Assembly (NCBI GenBank): GCA_040143965.1
Contig: JASJQH010006901.1
Location: 1 to 45,415 of the forward strand
DNA: 45,415 nucleotides
Source: Basidiobolus ranarum
Lineage: Eukaryota
Reading direction: 5' to 3'
A model generated the notes under the pieces. That model made no database searches and was not told the origin of the DNA. It was given only the letters and a program-made list of their open reading frames with translations. How positions within the stretch are numbered: the stretch's first letter is position 1; each line of letters starts with the position of its first letter. Of this stretch, positions 10,236 through 26,305 are shown in pieces. The translations under genes were made by a program, and so were the position numbers.

Positions 10236-11695
10236 TTACTGATTTCCTTCTGAAAATTGGATCACTGCATATTGTCCAGATACCATCCAATCTGACGCTA
10301 CTCCATCCAATTCTTCTGCTTGACCTTCTTTCAAACCAACTATCACATCACTTTTGTTGGTTCTTAAAGCACATAGGGCAGGGAATCCAGTCGAGGTAGC
10401 CAGTGGCCCGATGGCAGTTTTAAATGGAGTGACAGAAGGCCATGCACAATCATAAACAAGCTTACGATAGTTCAGATCTCCTTTGAATATCACCAAAGAT
10501 GACTTGCTGAGAGTGTCGTACAAGTCCGGTGCTTGAGTTTCAATGTGATAAAAGGCGTAGGGAGATGTCCAGAACTTGTGGCTGTTTAACTCCCAGATAC
10601 CAGATTGGATGTAATCAGCCCAACGTTGTGCTAGAGTTTTTAGTCTTTCATCTTGAGACTCGGCAAAACCATTAATACAGGTTTGAATGGTCCACATGAA
10701 ATCCATTTCTGTAGTATCTGAGACAAACCAAGGATCTGCCTTGCAATGGAAATGAATTTTAGAGGCGTACTTCTTGTGTATAAGCCAGTCAGCTAAGATA
10801 AGATCACCAAACAACTCAAATCCTGTAATAGTAAACAATGTTAACATATGAAATGTATGAGCCATTATGTGGTGGTGTTCACTGACCAGCGTTATCCAGG
10901 ACAAAGTCAATTCTAGCATCCTTGAGGGTCTTTACTTTGTTCCAAAGAGGTTCAAGTGCATTAGCAAGAACATACTTTTCAGCATCTTCATTGGCCTTTT
11001 GTAGTTTCTCTATATCTTCAGCTTGGAGGTTGACAAAGAGTGACAGATCGGTTTGGTTTCCCCATAGAGAAATCAAAACCAACTCATGGAAAGTTCCCTC
11101 CAACAGATTCTCGGAGACTTGAAATAGTGACTCGGCTCTTTTGGTAAGTTCAATGACTGCAGTACGGGAAGCCATGAAAGTAGATTCCTTTTGTCGAGTA
11201 AAAGGGTCATAATTCTTCCATAACTTGGATAAATTAAAGATCTCTCGAATACGACGGTAAAGATAGCATTCGGCGAATAGCCAAGTGGCTGAAAACCATG
11301 TCTTGCCATCAAAATAGGTATGAAGACAATCGTTCCAGACGGAAAAGTCTGCATCACCATCATCTACTATGTCTCTACAAAAATACCGCTCAAACTTTAA
11401 ATAAAACGGACAGGAGAAAACCAACAAAAAGTGATGTGTGCTACCTTAACTCACGATCTCTTTGAAGCTCATATCGAAGCTCGCCAATTTCTGAAATAAT
11501 CCCTTTCGCTTCAGTCTTTTTCTCTTTACTTTCATCAGGGAGTGCATTGTATGTACGATACAAGTCATCAACGATTTTGGTTACAATGACAGGAAGTCTG
11601 TCTTTAATCGTCGTGTATGCAAATGTACCAGGATTGACCCCAGAAAGTGGCTCACAAGGTGGGTTGGCAGGGTCTGCTTGAAGGGTACTAGACAT
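10236..11695 (-). CDS. ARMT1: DUF89/ARMT1-family damage-control metal-dependent phosphatase, 3 exons
   Basis: Exons 11695-11445, 11374-10887, 10822-10236. Motifs WLFAECYLYRR, LWGNQTDLS, DNAGFELFGD, PWFVSD, IFKGDLNYRKL and LRTNKSD. Confidence 0.93.
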
Positions 11696-12808
11696 ATTGA
11701 AGAAATAGTTGCAATGCACTGAGACGCTGGGTGAATATTTTCACTCTGGATGCCACCCTATCCTGTACCACTTACCCCAACACAATATTTTTAATTTGCG
11801 ATTTTTCATTACCGTATCGTATCATATCTCATGCACCAAAGTAATGCCTTCTTTAATTACAAAACCTTAATAACACTTGGTTTAGGTAGCGTCAACTATC
11901 AATACCACGCCCAAACCCGCACCCACTGCCCTAGTCTTATTCATTCAACAACTCTTTATATAGCTCATCTAATTGGCGCACCATCGTTGTGTAATAAATC
12001 ACACAGTCACTCTCCATTCAACTACCACACTTCCCACCATTCGTTTGGATTCAAACCGGTGTATCACATGACTAGTGCGTAAATAAAGATGGTAAAATTG
12101 AAAATACCGGATATGATGGAGAAAACGAATGAATTAGGGGAATTTACCATGCATTAATAGTGGATCTTCTATTACAAAGGCTACATGAAAGTTGTGTGAA
12201 TATTCTAGGCTTTGATTTAGTAGTCACTTGGGTTTGTATACAACATTGACAGGAAATTTTATTTCGTGATGTGTTCATTTCTATCTGTATTTGTATTTGT
12301 AGTCAACGATTTCCATTTCATTACTGGATTTTAATTACCGTCTTAAGATTGGTCTTTTCTTCTCTTTCCCTACTGTATATTATCTACCTTGGTATATATA
12401 CACTTGTTTATTCCATCTGAACGCGATCACCTGCTCTCCTTAGCCTAACCGAGATTAGGTCATCTCCAATACTTTGTATGTACTTTTCTATTCCTCCAAA
12501 CCAAAAACCAAACCAACCCACGTTTTACCTATTTCAAAGTAGCAATCTAGTCACTATCTCACGAAAGAAACCTACCAAATAGTCAAGTAAGGTCTTCTTT
12601 TACCAGCCATTCTATTTTCAGCGCTCGTTTGATATTTTATTGGGTTTTCTCACTGATAAGTATGTGGTTAAATAGAGAAAGAGAGAGGGAGTTAGAGCTA
12701 ATATCAATTGAGTTGAAAAAGGAACTATCTTTCCACTTTATGAATACTAACCCAGAAACCCTTTTACACACCAGTTTTGCTACCTAGAAGTGAGATATAT
12801 TTAACTCG

Positions 12809-14096
12809 ATGGGAAATAATCCTTCCAAAAAATCCAAGAGTCCCTCCGAAAATGAAGTACCCGTTGTAAAATCAAGAAGGGGTTCCATCCCTTTTATCAG
12901 TAGTTTTAAAAGTGGTGGTGACGGGAAGAATTCCAACGATTCAGAAGCAGATAACTTGGATTCTATATTATTACGACCTGGTGGTTCCAATGAACTTGGT
13001 GTGGACGCTATCGCAGCACCAACCGTATCTTCCATGAATTCTTTACGTGGTGGTGATAAGGCTAGATCTTTGAATATAGATGATATGATCAGTCGTTTAC
13101 TTGAGAGCGGATACTCTGGACAAGTCCCTAGAATTCCATGTTTAAAAACCACGGAAATCATCGCAGTTTGTGAAGCAGCTAGAGAGATCTTTCTATCCCA
13201 ACCGTCATTAATCGAAATCTCGGCACCTGTAAAGATCGCTGGAGATATACACGGACAATTCACGGATCTTCTTCGACTTTTTGATATGTGTGGCTTTCCA
13301 CCCAACGCTAATTTCCTCTTTCTGGGAGATTACGTCGATCGTGGTCGTCAGAGTCTAGAGACGATCCTGCTTTTATTGTGTTATAAAATCAAATATCCCG
13401 AAAATTTCTTCCTGTTAAGAGGGAACCACGAATGCGCTAATGTAACTAGAGGTATGGTTTTATTCCGGTGGTTCTTTCATATTTCTTCCCATTAACATCT
13501 TCAATTGGGTAGTGTATGGCTTTTACGACGAGTGTAAAAGAAGGTGTAGCATTAAGATCTGGAAAACCTTTATTAATGTCTTTGATACGTTGCCTATCGC
13601 CGCTCTCGTTGCCGGGAAGATCTTTTGTGTTCATGGTGGGCTTTCTCCACATCTCACGCATATGGATGATATTCGGAAGATAGAGCGTCCATCCGATGTT
13701 CCAGACAGCGGTCTGTTGATTGATTTACTTTGGAGTGATCCTAGTGAGGTAGTTACTGAATGGGAGGATAATGAAAGAGGAGTTTCCTATTGCTTTGGTA
13801 AAACTATCGTGGATCAGTTCCTCGCCACTCACGACCTTGACCTTGTCTGTCGAGCACACATGGTAGTTGAGGATGGGTATGAATTCTTCAATGGTCGTAC
13901 TTTGGTTACGGTATTCTCAGCGCCCAATTATTGTGGAGAATTCGATAACTATGGAGCCGTAATGAACGTCAATGAAGAGTTACTATGTAGTTTTGAATTA
14001 TTGAAGCCTGCAGATACTCCCATACTTCGTCAACAAATCCTGAAAGGAATCCCCTCACAATCCCCACCCACTCAAGATGAACGTCACTCGTTGTAA
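12809..14096 (+). CDS. PPP-family Ser/Thr phosphatase, PP1-related PPZ/PPQ-like, 2 coding exons
   Basis: Motifs [17 protein letters not shown] and [11 protein letters not shown]; intron 13452-13512; N-terminal extension beginning MGNNPSK (myristoylation-type), as in Ppz proteins. Confidence 0.93.
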
Positions 14097-14462
14097 ACTC
14101 CCTATATAGACAAGTTGTAGAGACTGAATGTTATATGTATTCTTGGTTGATTTCATTGGCTTTATTCCCCTTGCCTTCCCTTCCCTTCCGCTCTGTTCGC
14201 TCCACCATTCATCTAAATGGTTTTATCTTGAGTTTCCCATCTCACCTCATCCAACCATTAACCTAACCGTGTGAATTTGAGTGGACTAGCGGTATATTTT
14301 CTAAAATTGTTGTCCGACATATGGGAAAAATGATATCCCATCTGTCATTTGTTTACCACCTAATAAAAATCGGTAATGCTGAGGTAGGACTATTGGAACC
14401 GTGTATTACTTAATATGTTTATTACGTTGAAGATAAGGCAAACACGTCATCGAATGTGGAAT

Positions 14463-16774
14463 TTACATAGAACCGTGTATGTCAATGGAGGTGGTATTGT
14501 TCTGCATAGATTCGAGTTCATTCGTCATGCGATTACAATCAAAGTCCCATTTGGGTCTCCATTGGTTAGCTAAGCACTTCTGCTTAGTCCATGGATATCC
14601 GTAGGTGATGGGACTGAAGATTACATAAACATACACCAAGGTTAAGACAATCATGGCCACCAAGATGGTGCGTGACTTGGAACTGGTGAGTTGTTCAAAT
14701 GCTATACATGTAAGTAACACAGCAAAATATAAGGCGGGGAGATAATGATGTAGAAATAGCTGACGGGCCATGAGAAAGAAAGGAAGAAAGTGAAGTGCCC
14801 AGCCAATGAAAAAGAAGGTCACGTTCGATACAAACCGTTCCATTCCATCTAAAATAGGTTAGCAGTTATAGTTAGCAGTTAGTGGAAGTGATCAGATTGC
14901 TTTTAGTCTTATCGCAACATACCATTCAGAGAATCCTGATAGCCTCGTTGGCGACGTAGAATAAGAATTACTCCGGATACACAGAATGCGCCCACACTAA
15001 GGGTGGTGGCCCACCATATGATTGGATTACCAAATAGGTATACTTGAGCGTTGTCTTTGCCCCAGAAGCTAATGCCGCGCCAGAGGAGAGGCCAATCTGC
15101 GGGACGTGAGCCGTAAGGATGGTACGAGGATAGCCCAGAATTGACTCTCCACATGACCTGATGTAACTCGATGAATTTTTGGAAGAAGTTGAGTTGTGGG
15201 TAGTTGGCTCGGGGAGAGTTCTCAGGTAGACGTGCATCCATGACCGTATCAACCATCCAGAGGGTTTTGGCTGGTTTGGCTTGTCTCATACAAGCTACCT
15301 CGTACTGTTCAAATCCCCATTTGGGCAGTTTAGTATTCCCAGAGAACAAACCGCAGCCCATCTTGACATGGACTAAATGGAATTTGCTATGAAATGCCAT
15401 CAGTCGATCCGCTGATTCTGGAACATTCTTGTTATGATCATGGATAACCACTTTCCAAAAATCATTGACATCACCCCACTCATACCCACTAACTTCAAAA
15501 TGGATTTTACTATCTGTGACTGGGGATTTAACACTGTGACTATGAAGTCGTTTCTGAGTGACTGCGTGGAGTAAACGAACCGTATCGCCATTTTTCACCC
15601 ATTCAAGGCCACTGTGTGTGGCATTTTCTGGGTCATCTTTGATCTTAGTGATAATCCAATCGTTATGGTGATCACGGTGAGAGTAAAGGGTTACTTGCTG
15701 CTGTTTACTGCCAGCAGGATAGGGGTGAGGGTGGGAGTGAAGGTATCCCCCATTAGTGGCAACATGTCGAACTTTGATCTTGGCTCCGTAAGCAATGTCT
15801 TGTAAACTATCGGAGATGGCGCCCCCTTGAAGAGTACTACGGAACTGAGGCGACATGAAACCGTTACCTGATCCACTTTCGGTTAACCACATGAAGTGCA
15901 CTTGAAATAACGAAGTGTAAATCAAGCCAGGTACTATAATGAGACAAAGCACTCGGGCCATGAGTTCCTTAGCGAAGCGGGTGGGCGTTACCGAGAAATC
16001 TCCAATTAATTCCCATAACTGTGCAAGAGTGGATAATCCAACGGTAGCATATAAAAATAATCCAACCCATTTAACACTTCCCGTCAATCCAAGCGAAACA
16101 CCAGTGGCACCTAGCCATAACCACCATTTCATGGTAAACGGAGTATTGATAGCATTTTGAAAATGAACCCACGACAGTATGGTAAGAGCAGTGAAGAAAA
16201 CCAAAGGAGAGTCTAAAAGTATATGCCGGAATTGGGTAGTATAAGAATTCTCGAATGTAACCATTAAAGCACCCAGAGAGGCAGTAGCGTGAGAACACCG
16301 GCTACCACGTAGAGTAAAGTACGCAATTGGTACCAGAAGCCAACCAAGCACAGCCGGGAGTAACCGCATAGCGACATAGGGCACATTCGGTTCAATATAA
16401 TCCAAGCCAATCTTCTCAAAAGTAAAGCTACCATCGAAGCCGGCTAGATAGGCAGTGGCGGCGATCATCATTTTCGCCAGTGGTGGATGGACATCCATGA
16501 AAAACTTTCGATTAATATATTTACTAGCAAAACCACCAAAATGAACTTCATCAAAGACTACAGAATCAGGTTGCGCTATGCGATAAAACCGTACTACAGC
16601 TGCCAACATGGTAATAGTGGAAATGGCTACCAAGTGAGATGAGCTTACAGCAAAGGATTTAGGAGCAGTATGGGATTTCAACTTCCCATTGTTATCGAGC
16701 TCCGTCGTTTGTTCCACCTCAGTGACCTTTTCTAGCTGCTTTCGCTTACGCACAGCGGGTACATATACCACCAT
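14463..16774 (-). CDS. PMT1: Dolichyl-phosphate-mannose:protein O-mannosyltransferase (PMT1-like), 2 exons
   Basis: Motifs FDEVHFGGFASKY and FFMDVHPPLAKM, MIR repeats (YLHSH, RLHSH), RQLFLHHYLPALYF. Intron 14922-14849; first ATG at 16774. Confidence 0.92.
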
Positions 16775-16946
16775 TCTGATCAATCAAGGGCGTATAAAGT
16801 CACGTAGTAGATGAGAACAACTGGTCAACAATCGGGAATCGGGAATAGTGCAAATGAGCTGACTGATTAACTTACGGATGATGAATACCACAACGGTCTA
16901 GTATTTATTCATTTGGGACCAAGTGGTGACATACACATTTTTAACC

Positions 16947-16996
16947 CAGAAAAGTCAAGGCAATTTAGATGCAGAAAAGTCAAGGCAATTTAGATG
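16947..16996. repeat. Perfect 25-bp tandem duplication
   Basis: CAGAAAAGTCAAGGCAATTTAGATG x2. Confidence 0.9.
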
Positions 16997-17277
16997 ACAT
17001 CTGATCAGACACCTTATAGGAATCGAATCATCAACAATTAGAGCTTTAAAGCTCACTGATGTTGATTGGCAAAGCAAAGAGTCAGGCAATAACAAAAGCC
17101 AATAAAGGGCCAATTGGTTTAATGCATCTTATTTTTACATTTCTTCTAATGCGTTGGTTTCAGATTCGCCAATAGTCACCAGCTGGCCTTTATTCACGAC
17201 GAATACTTGGGATCTTCCGAAAGTTATGGCAACTGTTCAGCTAATATTAGCCAATTTTCATGAATGACGTATGGTTG

Positions 17278-17340
17278 TAGCAATCAACAGAGTAGTTCAG
17301 TAAACTTTTTAGCAATCAACAGAATAGTTTGGTAAATTTT
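17278..17340. repeat. Imperfect ~32-bp tandem duplication
   Basis: TAGCAATCAACAGArTAGTTyrGTAAAyTTT x2. Confidence 0.8.
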
Positions 17341-17608
17341 AATTTTGTATATAATCTGTATATTATAATGTACTATTCATCTCTTGGCCCTAAATAGCCC
17401 ATTCCACCAGCCGAATTAAGAATTGAGACTGTGGTTGATGAAAAAGGGTATACGAGAGGATAAGAGAGTGAGTGAAGAAGGTTAAAAACGGTACATTTTG
17501 ACGGTGTAAAACATATGGAGATTTTGTAATTATAAAAAAGCCATCTCAACTGCGACTGGTTTAATGGCAAGGGAAGAGATGTAACTACATATAAAGAAAT
17601 CATTGGAT

Positions 17609-20557
<2,949 letters not shown>

Positions 20558-21269
20558 AAGGTGAAGAATATATAGTGGCCAAGTGAAATCAACTGGGTTA
20601 AAGAAAAGGAGTACCCAGAAGAGGTAGGTTTATCGGGAGACTTATAACTCCAAAGGTAAAGAAGCAGTTTTATCGAAACTTCTGATAAAGATAAAATTCA
20701 CTTCGAGTTAATTTAATGGCTGAATCAGTGGTTAGCTTATGCCGATTAGGATATTGTACTTACAAATCGATTTGCGAAAGTTTGAGTACGGAACAAGATT
20801 TGCCCCAAAAGCATTCTAATACTTGTTGATAAAGAACCTCTAGCCTTGAGATGGATCTATCTCGCGAATATGTACAATGAGAATTACCTTATCTTAGGTT
20901 TATTACTGCTGTTTACTGCTTGTTTAAACATTATTGTCTAGATCAACTATTTCCCTACATTTCTGTCATCGATCTGACACATTGGCTGACGCGTTTGAAG
21001 TTTGGAGCGATGGTTATGTATAATGTAAATCCAAGGTATTGGTGTTGTATATATTAGTGTGGTATTAGAATGGGTATTGGTATTGGGTGGATCTCCAGTT
21101 GAATTTGATTTCTCAGCTGCTTATTGATATATAACCTGTCTCTCAAACAGACCAAGACCTACCATAGAATATTTAAACTTGAGCCATTTTCTGGGTGGTC
21201 TTTATTTGAAAGTTCTTGTCAACTCTTTGGATTATTTCGCTTACACTTTAAACTAATTTAGTCTGAATT

Positions 21270-22300
21270 ATGACCACAGATCAACAACCTACTTTGCTTC
21301 TATCACAGAATACTCATGCAACTTCTCAGGTTCTTGAGCCTTCTTTAGATTTAGCTAATTTATCTCTTGAACGAAACGACAGCCCCGCTAGTAAGCAGGA
21401 TATCTATTCAAATCACTCGGATTCTCTCGAACCTAGTACACAGCATAAATCAACCGACGAACTCAATTCAAATGTTGAGTCTAATGTTGATCAAACCGAA
21501 GATGACTTGGTTACGGTATTCACGGACCCGGTCAACTTCACCATTAAACATCCTCTAAATAGTTCTTGGATACTTTGGTATGATAATCCTGGTAAAAAAA
21601 CCAATCAACATAGTTGGTCACAGAACCTAAAACAGATCATTAAATTTGACACCGTGGAAGACTTTTGGGGGTACAATGCTTTTTAAACGCTTCCTATACG
21701 TTGGTTTTTAATAATGATAACTAAATTTTCTCTCCATTTGAACTAGAATATGGAACAATCTGATTCCCGTCAGTGATTTAAGCCCTGGGTCTAATTACCA
21801 TTTCTTCAAAGAAGGTATCAAACCAATGTGGGAGGACCCAGCTAACGATAAGGGTGGTAAATGGGTTATCCAGTTGCCCAAGAAAACCGGCGAACAGATC
21901 AATCAACTCTGGCTTTACACGGTATATTTTGCTCTCCTTGTCCTCGCATGAAGATATTCAATTTGACTAAAACTCATGATATCTTAGGTACTCTCATGTA
22001 TAGGTGAATCATTTGCTTATGAGGACGATATATGTGGCTGTGTCGCGTCAGTACGTAAAGGCTTCTATCGATTAGCTTTATGGACTCGATCCTCCGATGA
22101 CCAAGAAATTTGTTTATCAATTGGGTAAGTATTCTTTGCTATGTATAACTTTGTGGATAAAAGTAACTTATTCATCATTTATTTTAAGGACGCACTTGAA
22201 GAATACGTTGTCTCTTGGGCCCAACCAAAACCTGGGTTTCCAAGCCCATTCAGATGCCTCCAAAAGTGGATCCTTTAAAAAAGATCGATTTGTTGTTTAA
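21270..22300 (+). CDS. eIF4E: Translation initiation factor eIF4E (class I-like), 4 exons
   Basis: Exons 21270-21670, 21747-21921, 21988-22124, 22189-22300. Motifs KHPLNSSWILWY, TVEDFWG, FKEGIKPMWED, GGKW and LWT. Confidence 0.96.
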
Positions 22301-22830
22301 AAGTCAGCTCGAATATTATCGCTTTTCCCAAACAAAATACAAGCACTGTATTTAAGAAATTATCCCATCCATTTACAACCCATTACCCAACATTAAATCA
22401 ACCTCGCCATTTGTGTTTCCTTTTTTCTCTAGCATCTTCTCTATAAAAATCTACTCTCTGATCCACTAGTCATATTTACACTCACCTAACCGAGCCTTTA
22501 TATACACATATCACGGGGGTTTAAGGAAAGAGAACTGAAAGCTATTATGGCAAGATCTTGGGATTTTATTAGAGCTCCCCGACAGATATCATGTTAATTC
22601 GTTATAATATTATTAGTCGCCGTATCCAGTTGAATCTAATGGTTTGACAGATGAATTCAACATACTTCAACCTCAAGCCATACCATCGATATTCGGCATC
22701 TGGCGCTCGGTCAAAGAAGGGGAGTGATTGAGTACAATACAGGTGAAAATTTTAGAGATTCTGGAGTAAATGTGCAAAAGAAAAGAGAATGAAGAAATCA
22801 ATGCTCATCTCTTTCCGTTGGTAGAACTAA

Positions 22831-25134
22831 TTAGTATCCACGTCCTCCATAGTCTGCGACGGGTGCTCGATATTGATTATTATCTGATTGCCTTGAGGGC
22901 TGAGTGTATCCAGAGGGAGGGTTTGGATATTCGTTATATCTTTGGGGTGGATAGTAATCCCCTGTTTGATTTTGACCACTTCCTCTGGGCTGGGAATAGT
23001 TTGGGTAGGGTGCACGGCCATACTCTGTGGAGGGGATTGGCTGATTATAAGAAGCATCCATGCCACTAGAGGTTGACATACTACGCTGCTGAGATAGTCT
23101 GTAAGGATCAGGTTGGCCATCGTGCTGTTGATAAGCAGGACCTACTGTGGCTGAAGATGCGGGAACTCCGTATGAGTAGCTGTTGCTTCGATTAAGTGAG
23201 GAGTTATACATCGATTGAGGGGGGTATTGGCCATATGATGAGCCTTAAGCAAGCAAATAGAGATTAGCATAGATTTTAACATGAAGTCTCTCATATAATA
23301 CTCACTATTGGCATATCTGGCTACAGACGACTCCATCAAGGTATTATAGGTCGACCGGGCTTCGTGGAACTTCTCATTTAACCCGACCAACTCATCTATA
23401 AATATACGATTTAGTGCTTTTGAAAACTTGGATAACTCCATCTTAACGAACCTTTTTTGTGGCCATAGACTCCAATCAACTTGACTAATTTCGGGCGAAG
23501 GGAGAGTGTAATATTGTAAAGAGTCTGAACAATATCTCTTCATTAGTCAATATAAACTAGATAGGATAAACTAAATAATCTTACCTGAAGCTCTTCATTT
23601 TCTGTTAAATGATCTTTATGAGGGTCAACTCTACTAAGCACTTGAAGTAATCTATCAACATTATGAGCCTCCGCCATAACCTTTTCTTCATCCTCTTGGC
23701 CAGGGGAAGAACCAGTTGGTAAGTCTGGCAATTTTTCCTAGAATTGAATTTATCGTTTGTAAATGTGACCAACATCCAGAAGACAGTAAAAAAGAAATAA
23801 ACCATACCACGTAGTTTACAGGGAAGATTCCTATCCGGCCTCTCAGCTCCCCCTTCCACCATTCTTTATATTTGGTTTCAACAACAGTAATTACATCGCC
23901 TTTATAAAATCCAAGCTCACCACTTTCGGTAGCTTTAAAGTCGAAGAGCGCCTTTACCCTGGTGGCTTCTAACGCGTGTTTAGGCTCTAGTTTCTGTTCA
24001 ACATAGTAAACCACGGGTTACTCTCTAGTATAAAAACACATAAACATAAAGAGCAGGGTACCTTAGCTGGAGCAATGTTGTTCAGGTTGGTATTTGTGCG
24101 TGGAGCATATTGCTGGAAAAGTAAACATAAATTTTAGTACAACTAAACTACCATTAATTAGTGGTTGATATATACATAATTGCTACGGTTATCTTTCTCT
24201 GATAAAGAAAGAGCTAGGGCAAGTTGAAACTCTTCCTCTTCCTTTAGCTTATCTAATTCAGACTAAATGCAATTTTGTAAGTGCTCTGTCTCGTATTATA
24301 ATTATAAAAAGGAACTCTCAAGAGAATAACATACTTGAGTAGGTTTTTTGGGTGCCTGGGGTGTAGGAAATTGGTAGTCTAAGTAATAGCGTTAACAAAA
24401 TGAAAGCGATATAGCTACATATTGAAAAGAAGATATACTTTGTGCCCTTAATTGAGAATATGTTTCTTGCATTAAACTGAGGGTAGGGTCACTACGAAAC
24501 TCAAAGTTCCACAGCTGAATTAGTTCTAGGATTCGTTTCTTTACAAGCTCATGAACATTCTATTAGAAATGATAGTTAAGCATCTCTTTCAATATAAAAT
24601 ATGGTCAATACTTCAATAAAGCTACTTACACGATCGTTTAACATGCGAACAAGATGAGTAGTAAATGCCCTAGAAGATACTTCTCGATGAACCTCTACAC
24701 CACAATTTTTCACCAAAGCTTCGGTAAGCTAGAAGAGACAATGTCTATAAGCCCAAAGAAGAAATGGGGAAAGTTACATGCAAACTTACTGTTAAAGCAT
24801 AAAGAAGTACGTTTGCATTTCGGTGAGTCAATCTTTTGGAAACTGCGGCGATACAATCTCTACCCCTAAGAACAAAGGAATTTGTGTTAGAATGACTTTA
24901 ACCGCATTGAAATAATAGATCGGGATTGATTCCACGAATGTCCCAAATAAGCTTTACCCATTGGTAGTTTTATTGACTCTATCGCAAACAGCCAAAATAA
25001 GCTCCCAATCGTCGGAAGTTAGATTCTCACTTGTGGCTTTAGCTAGAGTGATGTCAGCAATGTGCGTATTATGTATACACCAATTTTTTGTACTTACTAA
25101 CTACTTCATCAAAAGGATTCGCACTCCTAAACAT
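22831..25134 (-). CDS. HSE1: ESCRT-0 subunit Hse1/STAM (VHS-UIM-SH3-GAT-low-complexity tail), multi-exon
   Basis: VHS domain [51 protein letters not shown]3 [39 protein letters not shown]-rich tail. Confidence 0.94.
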
Positions 25135-25949
25135 TTTTTTATGTTGTCCAAAAAAGGTTAACCTTCGTGTGTCTGTAACAAAAGAAGGGGTAAGGATAAT
25201 AGAAAGTAAACAGCAAGCAAGTCAGAGTATTTGCAATATGCGCAATTCAATTCTGGTCATATGGAATCGATATTTCATACTAAATTTATCGAGCATACTC
25301 TCATAAATGCCAAGAATAACTTTATGAAGATTATTTAGTATTTGCATAATTTGATAACTAGAATTGCTAAATTGCATTCGGTATTTGCAGCAATTAAGAA
25401 AATACTGGAAAAGAGAAACTCCACTCAAATACTCTAGGGTTAATCACCCAATTCCTTCACTAGCCTTAATTGCGTATATTATGAAATGTGCACTTGGCCA
25501 GGTCATGTGATTATGCAGGGTTAGGGTTAAGTTGGTTCTTTTTAGATGAGTTTTTAATTAGTGCGTTCCTTTTTGCCTTTCTAATATTTACTAGCTTTCA
25601 AAACCTGTATAGGTTATATTGAATTATATTGTAAAAGTACCTGTGCCGCCACTTTTTTCCACCCATGAATTCTACGCATATTCTTTATGGAATCATCCAA
25701 TCACACAGTAATATGGACTGAGAGTGGAAATTACTGAGAATATCTAGCTTAACCAATCATTGACCCCAGTTCTCGTATCACGTAAAATTATGTAGCCTTA
25801 GTGGGATTCAATTTATCAATTTATTAAGTTCTGTTTAGATTCTGATAGTTATTTCCTTTTGCCTCCTGATTGTTCCTTGCATCTTTACCTCCTCGACTTT
25901 CGTTTTCAAGCTTCATTGTCGTCTTCAAACTCGTAATTCTAAAAAAAAC

Positions 25950-26305
25950 ATGGGTGCTATAGCTATTCTTATCGTCGCTGCTGTTATTGCTGTTCTCTGC
26001 ATTGCTGCTTACTTCTTCAGTCCTAAGGGTCCTGACCAAACGTAAATAACTGTTTGCCAATTCAGTAACTTATTCTTGTATATTTATTAATGAGTTTATT
26101 TCAGTCTTTACCGTACTAGTATCATCTTGGCGCTCATTTGCATGTATCTTATGTAAGTTTAAAGCGGGGAAGGGAGTTTATCTTTAAAACCACTCAACTG
26201 TTACTAAATTCTCTTTTTTTCTATAGGTGGGCTATCACTTACATGGCACAATTGAATCCCTTGATCTCACCCAGACGCTCTGACTTGAAGCCGAGCGCTC
26301 ACTGA
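25950..26305 (+). CDS. VMA9: V-type ATPase V0 subunit e, 72 aa, 3 exons
   Basis: Exons 25950-26041, 26105-26152, 26227-26305 give MGAIAILIVAAVIAVLCIAAYFFSPKGPDQTLYRTSIILALICMYLMWAITYMAQLNPLISPRRSDLKPSAH, with diagnostic PKGP and YLMWAITYxAQLNPL motifs. Confidence 0.95.

Noticed and set aside
10879..11719. Split ORFs as frameshifts or pseudogenes (ARMT1; likewise GEM1, HSE1, YTM1)
   Set aside because: The breaks examined are explained by phase-consistent GT-AG introns.
12784..13305. 173-aa antisense ORF over the phosphatase
   Set aside because: Mirror-frame shadow with a non-ATG start and no motifs.
15306..15318. GTTCAAATCCC tRNA T-loop-like string
   Set aside because: Lies within the PMT coding sequence with no cloverleaf around it.
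25824..26060. 78-aa minus-strand ORF
   Set aside because: Antisense shadow of VMA9 exon 1.
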